A model generated the notes under the pieces. It worked only from the letters and a program-made list of their open reading frames with translations. It ran no database searches and was not told the origin of the DNA. From Octopus vulgaris (Eukaryota): a DNA stretch of 64,000 nucleotides. Each line of letters opens with the position of its first letter. Positions within the stretch are counted from its first letter, which is position 1. Location of the stretch: assembly GCA_951406725.2 (NCBI GenBank), contig OX597815.1:175150001-175214000 (forward strand), written 5' to 3'. The position numbers were made by a program, and so were the translations under genes. This document shows, one piece after another, positions 1 through 14,223 of the stretch.

Positions 1-600
1 AGCAATGTTGTTGTCATAGACATCAGCAAAGCCTTCTTCACCTGTGTCCAGAAGAAAAGCTACAAAAACACCCTACACCTACAGGCTCCATTTATCTATT
101 GAATCAGAAGCTTCCTCTTAGGTTGCACCATCACACCATGTGTCCACTGAGCTCTGTCTTCCTTTCATTCAGCTCCAAAGTTACCCAGGATTGAGCTTTG
201 TCCTCCATCCACTTCTTTTTATGTATTGCTGACCTACCTGTTGCCAATGCATATGTTTATGTTGACAGAAGGATTCTTTGTTCCTCCTTAACCTTCTATA
301 ACCATACTCCACAACACAGGGTCCAAACTACACACACTAGACCTGCTTCAATTCTATAAATGGAGACCTTCAGAGTGTTGTTTCTTTAAAAAACAAAAAA
401 CCCTCGACGATTACTCGGGTCAAGAAAACATCACTGCATTTACACCACCACCGCCACTCCATCCTAAACAAAAATGACACCTACTCAGAGCCTCCACACT
501 CACTGCAAGTGTTGGACTCTACTATCACCGAGGAATTTGATGTCTTATGAATACCAAATCTTTCACTAAAACCTGAACAACACATTTAACATACCAATTA
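1..600 (+). mobile_element. Highly degraded CR1/L2-type LINE reverse transcriptase fragment
   Basis: Decayed RT motifs in order: 'SNVVVIDISKAF' (1-36), a VPQG-like stretch near 180 and a YADD-like 'tatgttgac' near 260; frameshifted. Confidence 0.5.
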
Positions 601-1428
601 CTGATATTCAAGTCCACTCACCTTTAGGCAGAAATAAACCCAGATCAGACATGCATGTACACATACTCACATGCATGCACCAAGATAGTATAAAGAAAGA
701 GTGAATCGTGGTAAGATTTCAATCAGTCAAAAGTAAATAATGAGGTATTTAAAGTAAACCAATTTTTGCTAATCCACACACACTTTTCATTTACTCTCAC
801 CCTTCTCTTCTTTTGTAAGCAACCATACATCTACATACACAAGCATGAGATTAATAATTCTCAGACTCAAGCCAGGCTTTGAAGAGGTTGAGAATAGCTA
901 TGGAAGGACTTTGAGAAACAGACAACCAACTGATTGTTTAACCAACACATTAAACAAATGATTGACTGGCTAACAGTGCATGTGTTTATTACTATTGGCA
1001 TAATGACCCTCCCAAGACAGGATTTATTTGAACACACTAATTCACAGAAAGAATCTTCCTTGTAACTTATTCTTTGTGATCTGGTACAAGACAGCTTGCA
1101 ATGAGGTGGAACACAGCCAATAAAACTGACACCAGTATATTACTACTAGACATCACCTCACTAATTCAATGATGGTGAATAAGTATAGGGTGTAAATAAT
1201 TTGTCTCTCCCTCTCCTCCACACATCAAGCGGCAAGTTGTGGTCTGATGCCTGAATACTTCCAGCTGAATCTCTCACACACACACTGGCTCAAAGAACTG
1301 AGATCACATAACAGAAAGTGTTCAGTCTATAACAGTGTGAACTTGTTGTCTTGTGCCAAAGTATAACCCAATATCACAACCACAAACAAATATTTGCAGT
1401 TATAGAATAATGAAACAAGTATACATAC

Positions 1429-1493
1429 ATGCTGAGGATATTGAATGCTGTGCATATTTATCATTGGATTTTTCACTCCTGGAATAACGAGGC
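1429..1493 (-). CDS. RRM-domain protein, coding exon 7 (RPRYSRSEKSNDKYAQHSISSA); gene continues beyond the window
   Basis: Acceptor ttttgttattccag|G, donor CAT|gtatgt; 65 nt; phase 2 in, matching exon 2271-2296; open frame. Confidence 0.75.
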
Positions 1494-2270
1494 CTGGAAT
1501 AACAAAATCAAAAAGAAAAATCAAATTAAATTAACCAGAAATATTAGAGAACAATTATAACAGATAACCTTCCTTTTGAACAAGATCAAATGTTCCATCA
1601 CAATAAATTCATTTTTCCAGACAGTTGCTAATTCTAGCAAAGTATTCAGAAAGGAAAACAAAACTTTTAACCAAAATAAACTCAGATTTTCATATAGAAA
1701 ACAAAAATATTAAAACTGTTGCAATAACCAGAATTACTGAAGCCACCCAACCGTTTCCATCAATTGAGATGGCTCACATTTTTGCTAGGCAATATCTCAT
1801 AAGAATTTTAGAAATTTTCAAAAGAATGGGCAGCCTTCAACTTTTTCTATCCAATATCTATATGCTATTATTTATAACTTTGTGATGTGCTTCAAGACCC
1901 AATGTTCCAAAAAAGAATTCTCTTACTGATATTGCAATAGAAAGAGGTAAAAACTAACAACTTTTTACTTTCCATGAAGTGACTCCATAGTCAATGTTCT
2001 GAATGGATGAAAGAGAAAATCACAAAAGAATTTCAAGATTCTTACAATGAAAGTATGCCAATCTAATAAATTTCAGTTTTATACTCTTAATTTTTAACCC
2101 AGAATATGCAAAAACAATAAATACAAAAGAACATTTCGTCCCAAACTTCACTTTGTAAACATGGCACTTTCCAGTAATTAACAAGTTAAAGGTAACAAAA
2201 ATTTTTAAAAAAGTAAATTCAGAGACATCACAGCTGATATCCTCTCAGATAAATAAAATCTCCTCCTTAC

Positions 2271-2296
2271 CTTGTTTCTGAATCTGAGTAGTTGTC
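2271..2296 (-). CDS. RRM-domain protein, coding micro-exon 6 (26 nt, DNYSDSET)
   Basis: ctttctttccag|GACAAC...ACAAG|gtaagg; phase 0 in, phase 2 out; continues the acidic Ser-rich linker. Confidence 0.75.
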
Positions 2297-5194
2297 CTGG
2301 AAAGAAAGAAATTGAAATTGTTAGAAGCTCATGAGAAATGCTGATTTTGAAGCCCATTGAAACAATAAATACTCACATGCATGATGTTATGCAAACCAAT
2401 AATCTAGAAATTCTCCCCAAACTGGATCTGACGCATCACTTCTTACAAACAAACCACAAGTTTTGCAACTTTTACAACCCATGTCCACTGTCCAAGATAC
2501 AAACACTTAAATTCACTCCAAAAGAAGATGGTAGCAATCAACTCGTTTCAGTTACTCAGCTTTAAAGTCTATCTTACATCTGGCCCCTCTATCACTCTCT
2601 CAACTTGTCAAACCACCAATGGAAGAGGAGGTATAAGTCTTTGACTAGATATCCTCCTCCATTCAAAGTCATCACTCTCAATGATTCTCCCATTCATCCT
2701 GTAACGATGGTGCTGCTGAGAAGCCAAATCTTTTACTATTACTCATTCTTCATTTCATCTTATTCCCATCCTAGCACACAGTCACCATTGCTCTCCCATC
2801 TCAAAACCATGCCTCTCTACCAAACCCTGTCTGATGCACTTATTGCACCATCCTACTACTGCCTCATTAAAAATGCCCAACACGGCACACCATCCTCATT
2901 CCCCGATCCTATGGGCTGATTGAAGCTCCAGTAGATTTATTCCAGTTATCCCTGGCAGCAGACAAGCCTCACTCCTAATTCATCAGAAACAGCTAGTCAG
3001 GTGGCTGAAGCTACTCATTAGACGTATCCTCAACAAAACCTAAATGTTCCAAGCCCCATAATGTTATCCACTCAGAGCTGTGCAAGTAAAAACAAGGCCA
3101 TCAATACCTGGAAAATCTTCCCCACTTCTGTGAGGGTTAGGGTTACCAAGCAGTGCAACTCCTGCTGGAACATAATGCAACCTGCAAAAAATGCCTTTAT
3201 CTATCACATGGCCCACCAAATCAACATGATCACAAGTCCTGGCAATGTGCCTCAGAACCTGTTCCTATCCTCACTAAAATGTTCAGTCTTTCACTTTCCA
3301 GGAACATCCTGGCATTTTGAAGTACATTACAATGTTTCTCATTATTAAAAAAACAAAACAAAAGAAACAGTTAACTTCTCTGACCCAACCAACTCTCTTT
3401 CTACTGCATTCACCTCAAATACCCAAAGGCAATGGGGACAAGACAGCCACAATGTCATTCTGCAAAAGCTCCAACTCCTCTCTTCCCAGGGAGCACCAAT
3501 GCAGCTTCTGCAAAACCAAAACATTAAGTGCAAGTTCATGCCTGGCAAGAACTGGGGAAATTTGTTTGGTTTTTCTGACCTTTACACTCTATAATTTGAG
3601 CCCCTTGCACAGTGTATCAGAGAAACTGTTAGAAGTAGTCGTCAACTTCATGGTGCCAAGGAATCAAGTGCTACCATCCTAGACATGGTGATAGGCAGGG
3701 ACCACCTATTCCTGGTATACAGTCATTGCTATAGTTTGTTTCAGCTGCCTTTTGCACACACTGTTCAAACACGTGTGTGTGTACACACACACAAACAGCC
3801 TTCTATACTATTTCTATCTTTCAAATTTTACTCATAAGACACTGGCCAACCCAAGGCTACAGCAGAAGACATTTGCCCAAAGTCCCACACAATGGAGTCA
3901 GATACCAAAATCAGTTGTAATTAAATGACACAGCTATGCCACTGATGAAGTACCATCTTATCCAACAGGAGAATGTATCCAAGGCACAGCCAAGTATACC
4001 TAACTAAAAACAGCACTGTGGCTGCTATAATTCACCAACATAGGCAGTGGAAACACAGCTGAATTGTCAGATAGTTTTCTGGCTTGCAGTGTGGAGTTGA
4101 ATTCTTATGCAAAAAAAGAAGAACCCCAGCTTTTGAAAGATCTCCTCTGATTGCCTAACAAACTGAAGCACCAAGAATGCTTCCAGTTCATATGAAGAAT
4201 TTTAATAGTTGGGGGTCACTTCACATCCCTAATCTCAGAACTATGAAAGAATCAGAAGCAGCTTGTCTGCCAAGTTGACTAAAGCTACACTGGAATGTGC
4301 AACTTGCAAAGAAGAAACAGAGAAACGATGGTAATAAACTTGGAATTCAATAACCCTTTTGATACCAACCCACCTGAAGCCAGCCATAGCGACCTATTCA
4401 TATTTAAATTAGAATTTCAGCACAAATCTCATTAGTACATTCGTGAAAACACGTAAACAACCGAGTCACACTGAGTCAGACATTATTTTACATGTGAGTG
4501 CTGTGAATTTTGGAAAAATTTTTTTTTTTCCCGCATTACAATTTTTTGAAGTGTTTCACTATGAATGAAAACTGGATACCAGTTTCATATTGTCAAGCAA
4601 ACATAAAACCCACGTATGTGGTTATTTACTTTTTTTTCCAAAGTGAAGCAATTCTAATAGTTCAGATAGTGGGAAGTGGGGGGGGGGATACCTGATTATA
4701 GTAAGAATTTAAAAACTCTTTTCATTAGTTATTTTTAGGGAGATATTAGACAGTCGCAGTCTTTGCAAGAAAACAAAACCATTAGATTACTGGGTGGGGT
4801 GGGGGTGGGGGCTACTTTTCCCCCGGAATCGATTACTGCAGAAATAAATTGTTATGCAGAACATAAACAAAGAGGAAGAAAACAATATTTTGAGGCTTCC
4901 CCACATGCTTGGAAGAAAGAAATCTGAAAACCTTTAGGAATATTGTGTGTGAATATATATAAGTTTGCAATCACATTAATATATTGATAAATAAAAGAGT
5001 TGTTTTATTAAGCCAGTCTAAATTCACGATTATTTTAGAATTTAATTGAAACACGAGGAGTGTATTTTGGTAAGAAATGTAAGAATGAAAGCATCAAATA
5101 AAAGTTCACTAAAATGTAAAATATTGCCCGCCACCCAGACACAAGACATTTCCTTGTATAGTTTCTAACAAATATAAATGATAAACCCTCTTAC

Positions 5195-5260
5195 CTCAGA
5201 ATCACTTTCATTAGAAGAGTCAATCCTAGAGTGAACGTTTTTGAAGAATGCAGATTCTTG
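5195..5260 (-). CDS. RRM-domain protein, coding exon 5 (QESAFFKNVHSRIDSSNESDSE)
   Basis: attttcag|CAA...GAG|gtaaga; 66 nt; phase 0/0. Confidence 0.8.
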
Positions 5261-8200
5261 CTGAAAATAAGATAAAATTTATGAAAATGGTATATTAAAA
5301 AGATAGTAAAATCAGTAAACAAAACATGGGGAATTTTTGCAATGTGTTGGTTGAGTAATGGAAGAATGAGGGTTGGCAACAAGAAAGACATCCAGCCATC
5401 CACAAAAATGCTTCATTGAATTCCACTTAACTCATCCAGGTGGGCATTTAATGATCATGCATGCATGATGAGCTTCTTTCTTCAAAATGAATGAAGTCAT
5501 AAGCATAAGAAGAATAAATAAGATTCAGATCTACATATCTTAGTAAATACTTAGAAACATTTAAACCAAGATGTTTACAAGATAGGGGTTCAAATCTCAT
5601 CATCACCGTTAAACATCCGTTTTCCATGCTGGCATGGGTTGGATGGTTTGACAGAAGCTTGTAAGCCAGAGTGCTGAACCAGGTTTTGTCCGTTTTTGGC
5701 ATGGTTTCTATAACTGGATACCCTTCCTAATGCCAACCACTTTCGAGTGTACTGGGTGCTTCATATGTGATCCCAACACCAACAGGGTTGCCAAGTAGCT
5801 TGCAAGACAAAAAACTCTCAGCTGAGAGAGGGAGTGGAATCAAGGGAAGTGGCAGTGTGTTAGGTGAGAGGTTAGAGGATAAAAGAAGGACAAAGATAGT
5901 TGTGTTCCTTTCCCAAATCTCAAGGATTCAAAAAGTAACTCTTCCCTACTCAACATTGCCCTTGCTCCACTATTACCAACCAGCTCAAAACCACCTCATT
6001 AGTCATATTTAAATAAAAATATTGATATAAATCATGCTACTAATCTAGTGATAATAGGAATTATGTTGACATAGTTTTAAATTAAGGTGTGGGACTATTT
6101 ATCCATATTCCTTTTCTCATATTGCTGTAACCTTCCATCATTTTGTAAAATGGATACCAATGTTTCTAGATTTTATAGTAGAAACTCAAAGGAAGTGAAA
6201 ACAACTTGGACGGCAATAACAATAATGGGGAGGAATATATTCTGAAAACAAGCAAGTAAAACTTGAAAATCTGTCTGTGGCAATATACATGAAGCAAACC
6301 CACAGAATAAGCATATGGTAGATTGGAAATCGTGTCAGGAAGACAGTAAATTCACTTCTGTACATAAAGCAAAAATCTCAGCATGAAAATTATCATGCTT
6401 GTACAATAACCAGGATTTTCTAATTAGTATTTTATTTTGGTCAAACTTTCAAGCATGACTGCAAATAGAAATGGGTTGCTTTTTTTGGTATATATAATAA
6501 AAAATCAAATAACTTAGGGGAAAAAAGTAAATGTTTGTGAAATGACATCTCACTGCATCTAGAGGGGAAAAAAATGACAAGAGCTACAGCAAAGTTGCCA
6601 ACATCAGGAATAGTAAACATCCAGTAAGATGAACAAGTAAAAAAACTCCCCAATACAGTTTGCAGGATTGTATTTTGCAAGGGGGTGGGCTGTCTATATA
6701 ACTTTCTATGAAAGAAAGAAACCTTAGATAATTTTGTGTTGCAAGAGCAATTGGGAGGCAGAAACCTAAAGCCAACCATATATGGGAAGGTTATGAACAA
6801 GCATCTCCATCACACTAACCTTATCATTCATTTCTAATACTTCACGAGGGTTGGCAACAGGAGGGGAATTTGGTCATAGAAAATCAGACTCAATGACTTC
6901 CAGCCAAGCCATGTAACCAAGGAAAAGTAAACTTAAAACGATGACGATTCATTGACTGGTACATCGAGAGATTTAGCAAATCTTATCAACCCACAACTTA
7001 TTTCAATGAACTCCATTTATCAAAATGCTAAGTTATAGGACATAAAAGAACCATAAACCCCAATTTCTAGATTAGTATAACCAAAAACCATTATCATTAT
7101 ATGACTATTTTACTTCCTTGTATGGTTTTGAAAGTTTTGCATTTGGAAATCAACCTTCACCTCTGCAACCCATGTCCTGTTTGACCCTCTTTTACCATTG
7201 GTTCCTTCCACATAGATCTCCTAGTATTTCATTACCTCATCCATATACATTATATTTCCACATCAAAATGATTGTCTCTCTTCATATAATCTACCGTTCA
7301 TGTGAAGAAAAAATTCCATTGTTGCCAACAGAAGCAACAGCTCCCTGAACTTTCTCCACTGTGCTTATTGTGACAACTATGCTTCCACAGCATTCTCACT
7401 GTGTACCGGAAGCTATTGACTACTTCTATACACTCTTCTCAGCATTGCAAGGAATTTATTTTACCAGTGCTGACTGCCAACTACTCTTGTGCAACAAGAA
7501 TTGAAATTTTTATTCACTATCAACTAGACTTCAATTCCATTACACCTTTCATGCATTATACCACATAGAATTTGGTTTTCTTTTTCTTGCAGACTGGTTT
7601 TCTTTCCCACACATGATTCAAAGTTTTATTTCCACAGACGCTGCTAAGAGAGTTAAGATCAGTAAATAGGAGTTTCACAGAAAATGACTCAAACTTCTGT
7701 TATTTGGAGAATTATAATTCCAGTTATTTGCTTTTCTGAACAATATATTTAGAGCCATGTGATGAAATGGAGTTTAAATACCAAAACTAAAGTTTAATGC
7801 ATTTAATCATGAACCTCTCAAGCAAAAAAAAGAGTAATGATAGTCCCCATAATGCAGAAAGAATGAAAAATTTATTTAGCATCTTGGCCCCATTATATAA
7901 ATGAAAACTTGGCTCCTGTGCTAGTGGCACACAAAATGCACCATTCGAGCGTGATCACTGTCAGTGCTGACTGACTGGCCCCCGCAACAGTGGCACTTAA
8001 AAAGCATCATTCGAGAGTGGCCGATGCCAGTTGCCGCCTAACTGGCCCTCGTGCCAATGGCAAGTAAAAAGTACCTACTGCACTCTCAGAGTGATTGATG
8101 TTAGGAAGGGTATCCAGCTGCAGAAACCTTGCTAGATCAGATTGGAGCAGCCTCCTGGCTTGTCAGTCCTCAGTCAAACCATCCAACCCATGCCAGCACG

Positions 8201-8361
8201 GAAAGCGGATATTAAACGATGATAATAGTGAAAGTGAAATATACTGAGTAAATTTCTTTTTCCATCCTCCCCCTTTTACTTCAATAACAAGACTTCCAAT
8301 AAACAACACCACCTCAGTCAGAACAGTGAAATGGAAAACAAAACTAATATGAAACACTAAC

Positions 8362-8497
8362 CAATTTCTGTTGATTGATCCTCTTCTCATCTTTGAAAGA
8401 AAGCTTAACATTTAATGGCTCATCACCAGCTATTTTCAAATTGTTAAATTTTGATATTGCAACTTCTGCCTCATTGAGCTGAGCATATGTTACAAAA
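8362..8497 (-). CDS. RRM-domain protein, coding exon 4 (C-terminal half of the RRM: FVTYAQLNEAEVAISKFNNLKIAGDEPLNVKLSF...)
   Basis: attttcag|T TTT GTA; donor TTG|gttagt; completes the RNP1 motif 'PPYGFVTY' across the junction; overlaps ORF 8344..8529. Confidence 0.9.
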
Positions 8498-8760
8498 CTG
8501 AAAATAAATAAAATAGAAATAAAACGCAAACATTTATTATTGCTTACATGTAGAACAAGGTTGGTTATTGATTATGAGTTTTGGTTAAGTTAACTGTGGC
8601 TGCTTCATCTTGATGTAGCTGTGTGTTGGTTATGCATTAAATAGTCTGTGTGCCTGGAGTGGCCATAGATGAACAAATGTCAAGGAGAACAAGGTAAATT
8701 CAATGCAACTGTTATTCATTACAACCCATTATAAAAATACATGGCAAATGTCTTACATAT

Positions 8761-8975
8761 CCTTTTCTGCTCTAGGTATAAGGCTCGAAATTTAGGGGAG
8801 GGAGCCAGTCAATTAGATCGACCCCCAGGACTCAACTGGTACTTAATTTATCAACCCTGAAAGGATGAAAAGCAAAGCCGACCACAGCGGAATTTGAACT
8901 CAGAACATAAAGACAGACAAAGTACTGCTAAGCATTTTGCCTGGTGCGTTAACATTTCTGCCAGCTCACCATTAT
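8761..8975 (-). mobile_element. tRNA-derived SINE (family A)
   Basis: Minus strand: GGTGAGCTGGCAGAAA (A-box-like), GAGTTCAAATTCC (B-box), central GCTTTTCATCCTTTCAGGGTTGATAAATTAAGTACC; flanked by a 40-bp direct repeat; second copy near 56893-57085 (+). Confidence 0.85.
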
Positions 8976-10698
8976 ACAACCTGTTGTAAACAAACATGGC
9001 AAATGTCTTACATATTGCAAAGTAACTGGTTTGGTAATTTTAACTAACTATATCTGGAACAGTGGAAGTTGTGTCATAGTTGAAATTCTGTAGCATGTTC
9101 ATGACTTAGTTTTGTGTGCTGGGCAGAATCAGCAACAGAAATGAACAGGAAGATATCTGCTTGGCTGCTGTGATCTTGTCTCTCTCTCCTTCTCCTCTTC
9201 TAATGTGTGAGGGACATTATATATAATGATTGCTGGGCAGGAAGAGAGTTTTTCTGTGCTGGGATAAAAACTGTTGCTCAAATAACCGATTGGCTAGTTA
9301 AGACCATCCGATCTTTGCAACAGATTTACTTCAACCCTATTCACATGATCAAATGTTGACAATGCCAAAATATGCCCATTTGATATAATTTAAAACTGAA
9401 TAGCCGGGTAGACATGCTTGCTACAAATGCCTTAACAGTTGCATCTCATCTAAACAATGTCGGGACTTCCAGTTCAAATTACAACAATCTCACAGTGTTA
9501 TATACAACTCTGAAATCATCTAGTCACGATCATCATCATCATTTTACATCCGTTTTTCATGCTGGCATGGGTAGGATGGTTTGACATTTCTCTAAATGTA
9601 GAAGCTTGTGGCGTTTATCTATCTCTCATGGTGATAGGTGTGAATCCTTCCCAGGTTCATTTTGTTTTCCATTCTTAAATTTTGACTAAAACCAGTGAAA
9701 AATATTTAGTCGAAAGAAAAGATGTCTGTATGTGTTGTAGTCAGACTGGTACAGTTTATGGAACATCTGCAGGAAAAGAATTCTAAAAGAATTTAATATA
9801 GGGTTTGAGTAGGACAAAATGCATAAACAAAGTCGACAGATTACTCGTTCACCCCACCCCAAATGTAATGCTAAATGAAGTTAAGAAACACTTTGTATTC
9901 ATTTAGGACACCATTTGAGGAATGCATTTCAATATCAGGAAATTCTTATTGTAATTATAGTACATTTAGTAGCTTCAGCTAGTACTAGCCTAGTTTCAAG
10001 GGATTCTACTGATTACTTTCACCTCAACCAGTACTAATCAGGCAAACATGCAAGCTAGAGACTACATATCCACCTGAAAAAACAGCAAAACACCAACGGG
10101 TTCTTTCCTACTGAACAGACACACAATTACCTCAGTATAAGGTGGAAATGAACTTTAAGAGAATCTGGAGAAAGTGGTTAAGGAAGCTGAAAGACATTTC
10201 TATAAGGTAAAACTATCCATCTACAGTACTGATAAATTTGGACTTCTATAGACATAGAATCTGATTAAAAGAGTATACTTCATCAGATTACAATGTGGGA
10301 AGCATAACTAACGACATTGAAACTGCAATCTTTTAGACTACTAGCTCACCAAACGTATTCTTGAAGTGACTGCATATAGACAACTTCCAAGAACACTTTT
10401 GTTATATTTCTATTGAAATGCATTGCCTTTGGTTTTAATTAACTAAAATAATCATTATGTTGAAGTTTTGATGGCAAATCTTAATTTAGATCACTTTAAT
10501 ATCATATGATAGGATTAATAGAAGTGCCAGGAGGGTTGGTGCCAAAAGGGTTAATGGGAAAATCAATTGGTAAACCTTTTCCAACATCCTGACAGATTAA
10601 GGAACAGTCAATAAAGTAGATTTCCAAGAAATCTGCCAACGAGGATGACAATTCATAAATAACATCATTCATTAAAATAAAATAATTTATAAACCTAC

Positions 10699-10784
10699 CC
10701 ATAAGGAGGCTTGCCATTTTTACCAGGACATATTTTTACCCTGTGTACATAGCCAGCCTTAGAAAATAGTGCTCGTAAGCCATC
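10699..10784 (-). CDS. RRM-domain protein, coding exon 3 (DGLRALFSKAGYVHRVKICPGKNGKPPYG)
   Basis: Strong acceptor cttcccttcttttacag|GAT, donor TATGG|gtaggt; 86 nt; phase 0/2; RRM helix 1-beta2 pattern. Confidence 0.9.
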
Positions 10785-12884
10785 CTGTAAAAGAAGGGAA
10801 GAAAAAAATGTAGAAATCCATAACATACAGCATTATCTGAATATTTTAGTTAATTTATAGGACAAATGAGTTGGTGTATTAAGACTACCATTCTTATATT
10901 CAAAACATCACTCAAGATGAAGGGATGGAACACAGACAAATACACACAGGCATAGTTTAAAATGTATAAAGGTGAACCCCAGAATGATGGTGCTCCAAAA
11001 GAAGCACCTAGTATAATCTGTAAATGATTAGCATTAGGAAGGGCATTCAGCCACAGAAATCCTATCAAAAATGAGACAATGGAAGCAGACACGGTCCTCT
11101 GACACATTGAATCCAGTCAAACCACATTCAATACCACACTGAAAACAGTTGTAAAATGATGATGATGATGAATATGTTGGTAAGAGTAATATTCACTTAA
11201 TATATATGGTAAGTCACTGGTATGAGGAAGGGCATCCAGCTGTAGAAACCATGCTACAACAAGACAGCTATGCTAACCAGCTCCGTGTCAAACTGTCCAA
11301 CCTATGCCAGCATAGAGAGTGGACGTTAAATGATGTCCATCTTCCATGCTAGCATGGTTTGACAGGAGCTGGTAGCAGAGGACTGTGCCAAGCTTCACTG
11401 TCTACTTTGGCATGGTTTTTACATCTGGCTGCCCATCCTAACACTAACCATTCATGTGTACATTAAGCATCATGCTTGCAATGGGTTAGACACCTTGTCA
11501 AGTCAGGTTTAACCCTGCTGAATGCCCTTCCTCACCTGTTTCCAAGGTAGTATTTCCACTTGTCTGGATACGTTTTCAAAGACTCTTAAATATATTTGGT
11601 ACCATTCCCATTATGATGGCACTCTCAATCGACAGGATACCAACACAAAATACTCTCAAACACACACATTGGGCTTCTTTCAGTTTCCATCTACCAAATC
11701 CACTCACAAGGCTTTGATCAGCCAAGGCTATAGTAGAAGACACTTGCACAAGGTACCATGCAGCAGGACTGAACCCAAAACCATGCAGTTTGTAAAGAGA
11801 ATTTATTAACAGAGTCATTAACAAATGGTTCAAGGCCCATGTTGGTCTCTAGTGTCTGCTTTAGCAAGATTTCTGTGGCTTGACCTTCTAAACACCAACC
11901 ACTTTACGGAGAATACCAAGTACTTTTCTTCACAGCATAAACACTAGTGGGGCCACCAAGTAACTCACAAGACAAGACTCTTTTACAGAGTTGGGGTGCA
12001 GTATTGAAGAAAGTGGCTTTGTGCAAAGTATAGAAAACAGGAGCAGGTGATTGGCTGTAGAGGAGACGTATGGATAGGCCAACATGAAAAGGAGAAAAGA
12101 GGGTGGAGATGAAGTATCAGGGCACATGCCCTCAAGATAGAAAGTGGAGAGAGAATAGGGGCAGAAAATTGAGGAAGGCTGAGTAAGTAGGTAGAGGGGG
12201 GGAGGGTGAAATGTAGAAGAAACAGAAGATGCAGAGTGACAAAGACAGAGATGAAGTGTAGAGTTCAAACAAGTAGCATTGACAGCAGAGAAGATGTTCT
12301 GGGAAAACAAGCATCCAGTGGACACATGATGCTGAGGAATGATGGGGAAGCATGACGGATGGCAAGGGGAGGGGTTTCAAGATGTGAGATTACTCATAGC
12401 ACAAAAAAAGGAAGGAATATATGAAGTTCTGCTGAGAAAATAGTACAATAGTTAGAAGGATGGGTGTGTTAGGAAGAGGACTTGCTGGAATGGCTTGACA
12501 GATACAGATTGGGTGTGCAGACTCTAGATATACTTTCAGGACCTAGATTTTGCTGAAATGGAAAGGTTTACTTGTGCACAACAAATCACCATCTCAGTTG
12601 TTTTGTCATAATTTCTGTGAGATGCAACATCTGGAGGTCATTCTTCACTCTATCCACCCGACTCCCATCTCTAATTATCACTCATTTTCCTCATGCACCC
12701 TTACAACTTCAATCCACCCACTCACTTTTCTAGACTCCTACTTTGAGGACATATTTACATCTCACCACCTTTATCTCTGCAGCTCAATCCCAGGATGCAA
12801 AAGTCTCTAACAGAAGAACCCAAGTTGAAATAGCTGCCATTTCTGGCAGTATAAATTTACTGATCCTCAGAGAAAACCACTCAC

Positions 12885-12939
12885 CTCTGTAAACTTTCGA
12901 GGCATATTCCTTACAAAAATATCAACAAATTCAGGTTTT
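12885..12939 (-). CDS. RRM-domain protein, coding exon 2 (KPEFVDIFVRNMPRKFTE; RNP2)
   Basis: ttctttgtag|A AAA CCT...GAG|gtgagt; 55 nt; RNP2-like 'IFVRNM'. Confidence 0.9.
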
Positions 12940-13891
12940 CTACAAAGAACAAAAAAAATATGAAAAGATTATAAAATGCATACATATAATGATGATGACA
13001 ATACATAGCAGTCCATAAATTTATATTAAAAATTCTAAAAGAGTCGATTAAAAGCAAAGTGATCCCTGTTTGCCAGCTTTTCATCCATCACATGATTTAA
13101 CATAGGAAAGGATTTGAGTCTTAGAAAGTCAACTAGTTCAGGCATCCGATCCCTTGTTTTTCCTTGATGCAACAATTTCAACAGATTTGCAAAAGCTACA
13201 GAATCACATCAATTGCTTCATTATTTTGTCTCTTTCTTTAGACAATTCCAATGTATTTTTAAGCAGTTCTTTTGATTTCCAGTGACCCGTCTTTACTTCA
13301 GAAACCCATCAACATTAACTCCATTTTCATAAAGGTAACTGGCAAAAGCTTAGTGAATCAAATTTAATAGAACAGAAACAGTATGTCAGCCCACAGTGTA
13401 TGTGTGTCTTGCCATAACCTCTGAGCAGCAGTAAGTTCCTTTACATCACAGAAAGAATGCTGCAGCTTGGCAGTTTCAAGCTGAATACCAGTGGAACAAA
13501 ATTTACCTTGGTTGAAAAGCAAAGGTTGGCAACAAGGGCATTAGGCTTTTATCTTGCCCAACCCAGACAATGAACTCTTGCACACATCAGCTAACCTTTC
13601 TCATGAACTTTTTTCCTCTTAGAGATTAGTGTTGCAATTGACACTGCAAGTCCAAAAGATCCTGACTGGCTCCTTTCTTCCAACCTAGCCTCCTTCTACA
13701 CACTTCACAACAGACATAGTTACAACTGTGTGGTTTCAAGTACAATCCCATTGCATGGTACCTCAGGCAAGTCTAGTCTATCATAGTCCTGGGCTAACAA
13801 AGACTTGTAAGTGGATTTTGTAGACACAGACTCAGAAAGAAGGTCATCATGGAAGTATGATCATTTAATGCCCACCTGGATGAGTCAAATG

Positions 13892-14223
13892 TGAAGGTGC
13901 GTGGCTTAGTGGTTACAGGCATTCAACTCATAATCGTAAGGTCGTGAGTTCGATTCCTGGCAGCGTGTTGTGTCCTTGAGCAAGACACTTTATTTTCACG
14001 ATGCCCCAGTCCACTCAGCTGGCGAAAATGAGTAGTACCTGTAATTCAAAGGAGGGCAAGCCTTGTTGCATTCTGTGTCATGCTGAATCTCCCCGAGAAC
14101 TACGTTAAGGGTACACGTGTTTGTGGAGTGCTCAGCCACTTGCACGTTAATTTCACAAACAAGCTGTTCCTTTGATCGCATCAGCTTGTCGTCACAACCA
14201 ATGGAGTGCTCCTATTATTATTA
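13892..14223 (+). mobile_element. tRNA-derived CORE-like SINE (family B), full length
   Basis: A-box TGGCTTAGTGG, B-box GAGTTCGATTCC, CORE-like GTGTCCTTGAGCAAGACACTT, (TTA)n tail, 14-bp TSD GGATGAGTCAAATG (13878-13891 and 14224-14237). Confidence 0.9.

Noticed and set aside
1625-7348. Many short (60-120 aa) ORFs in the track here and elsewhere in the window
   Set aside because: No domain motifs, often non-ATG starts, and most lie antisense to repeats or in introns.
8880-14000. tRNA genes suggested by A/B boxes (e.g. 13896-13965, 8880-8970, also 48647-48715)
   Set aside because: They are SINE heads continuing into SINE bodies, with no complete cloverleaf.
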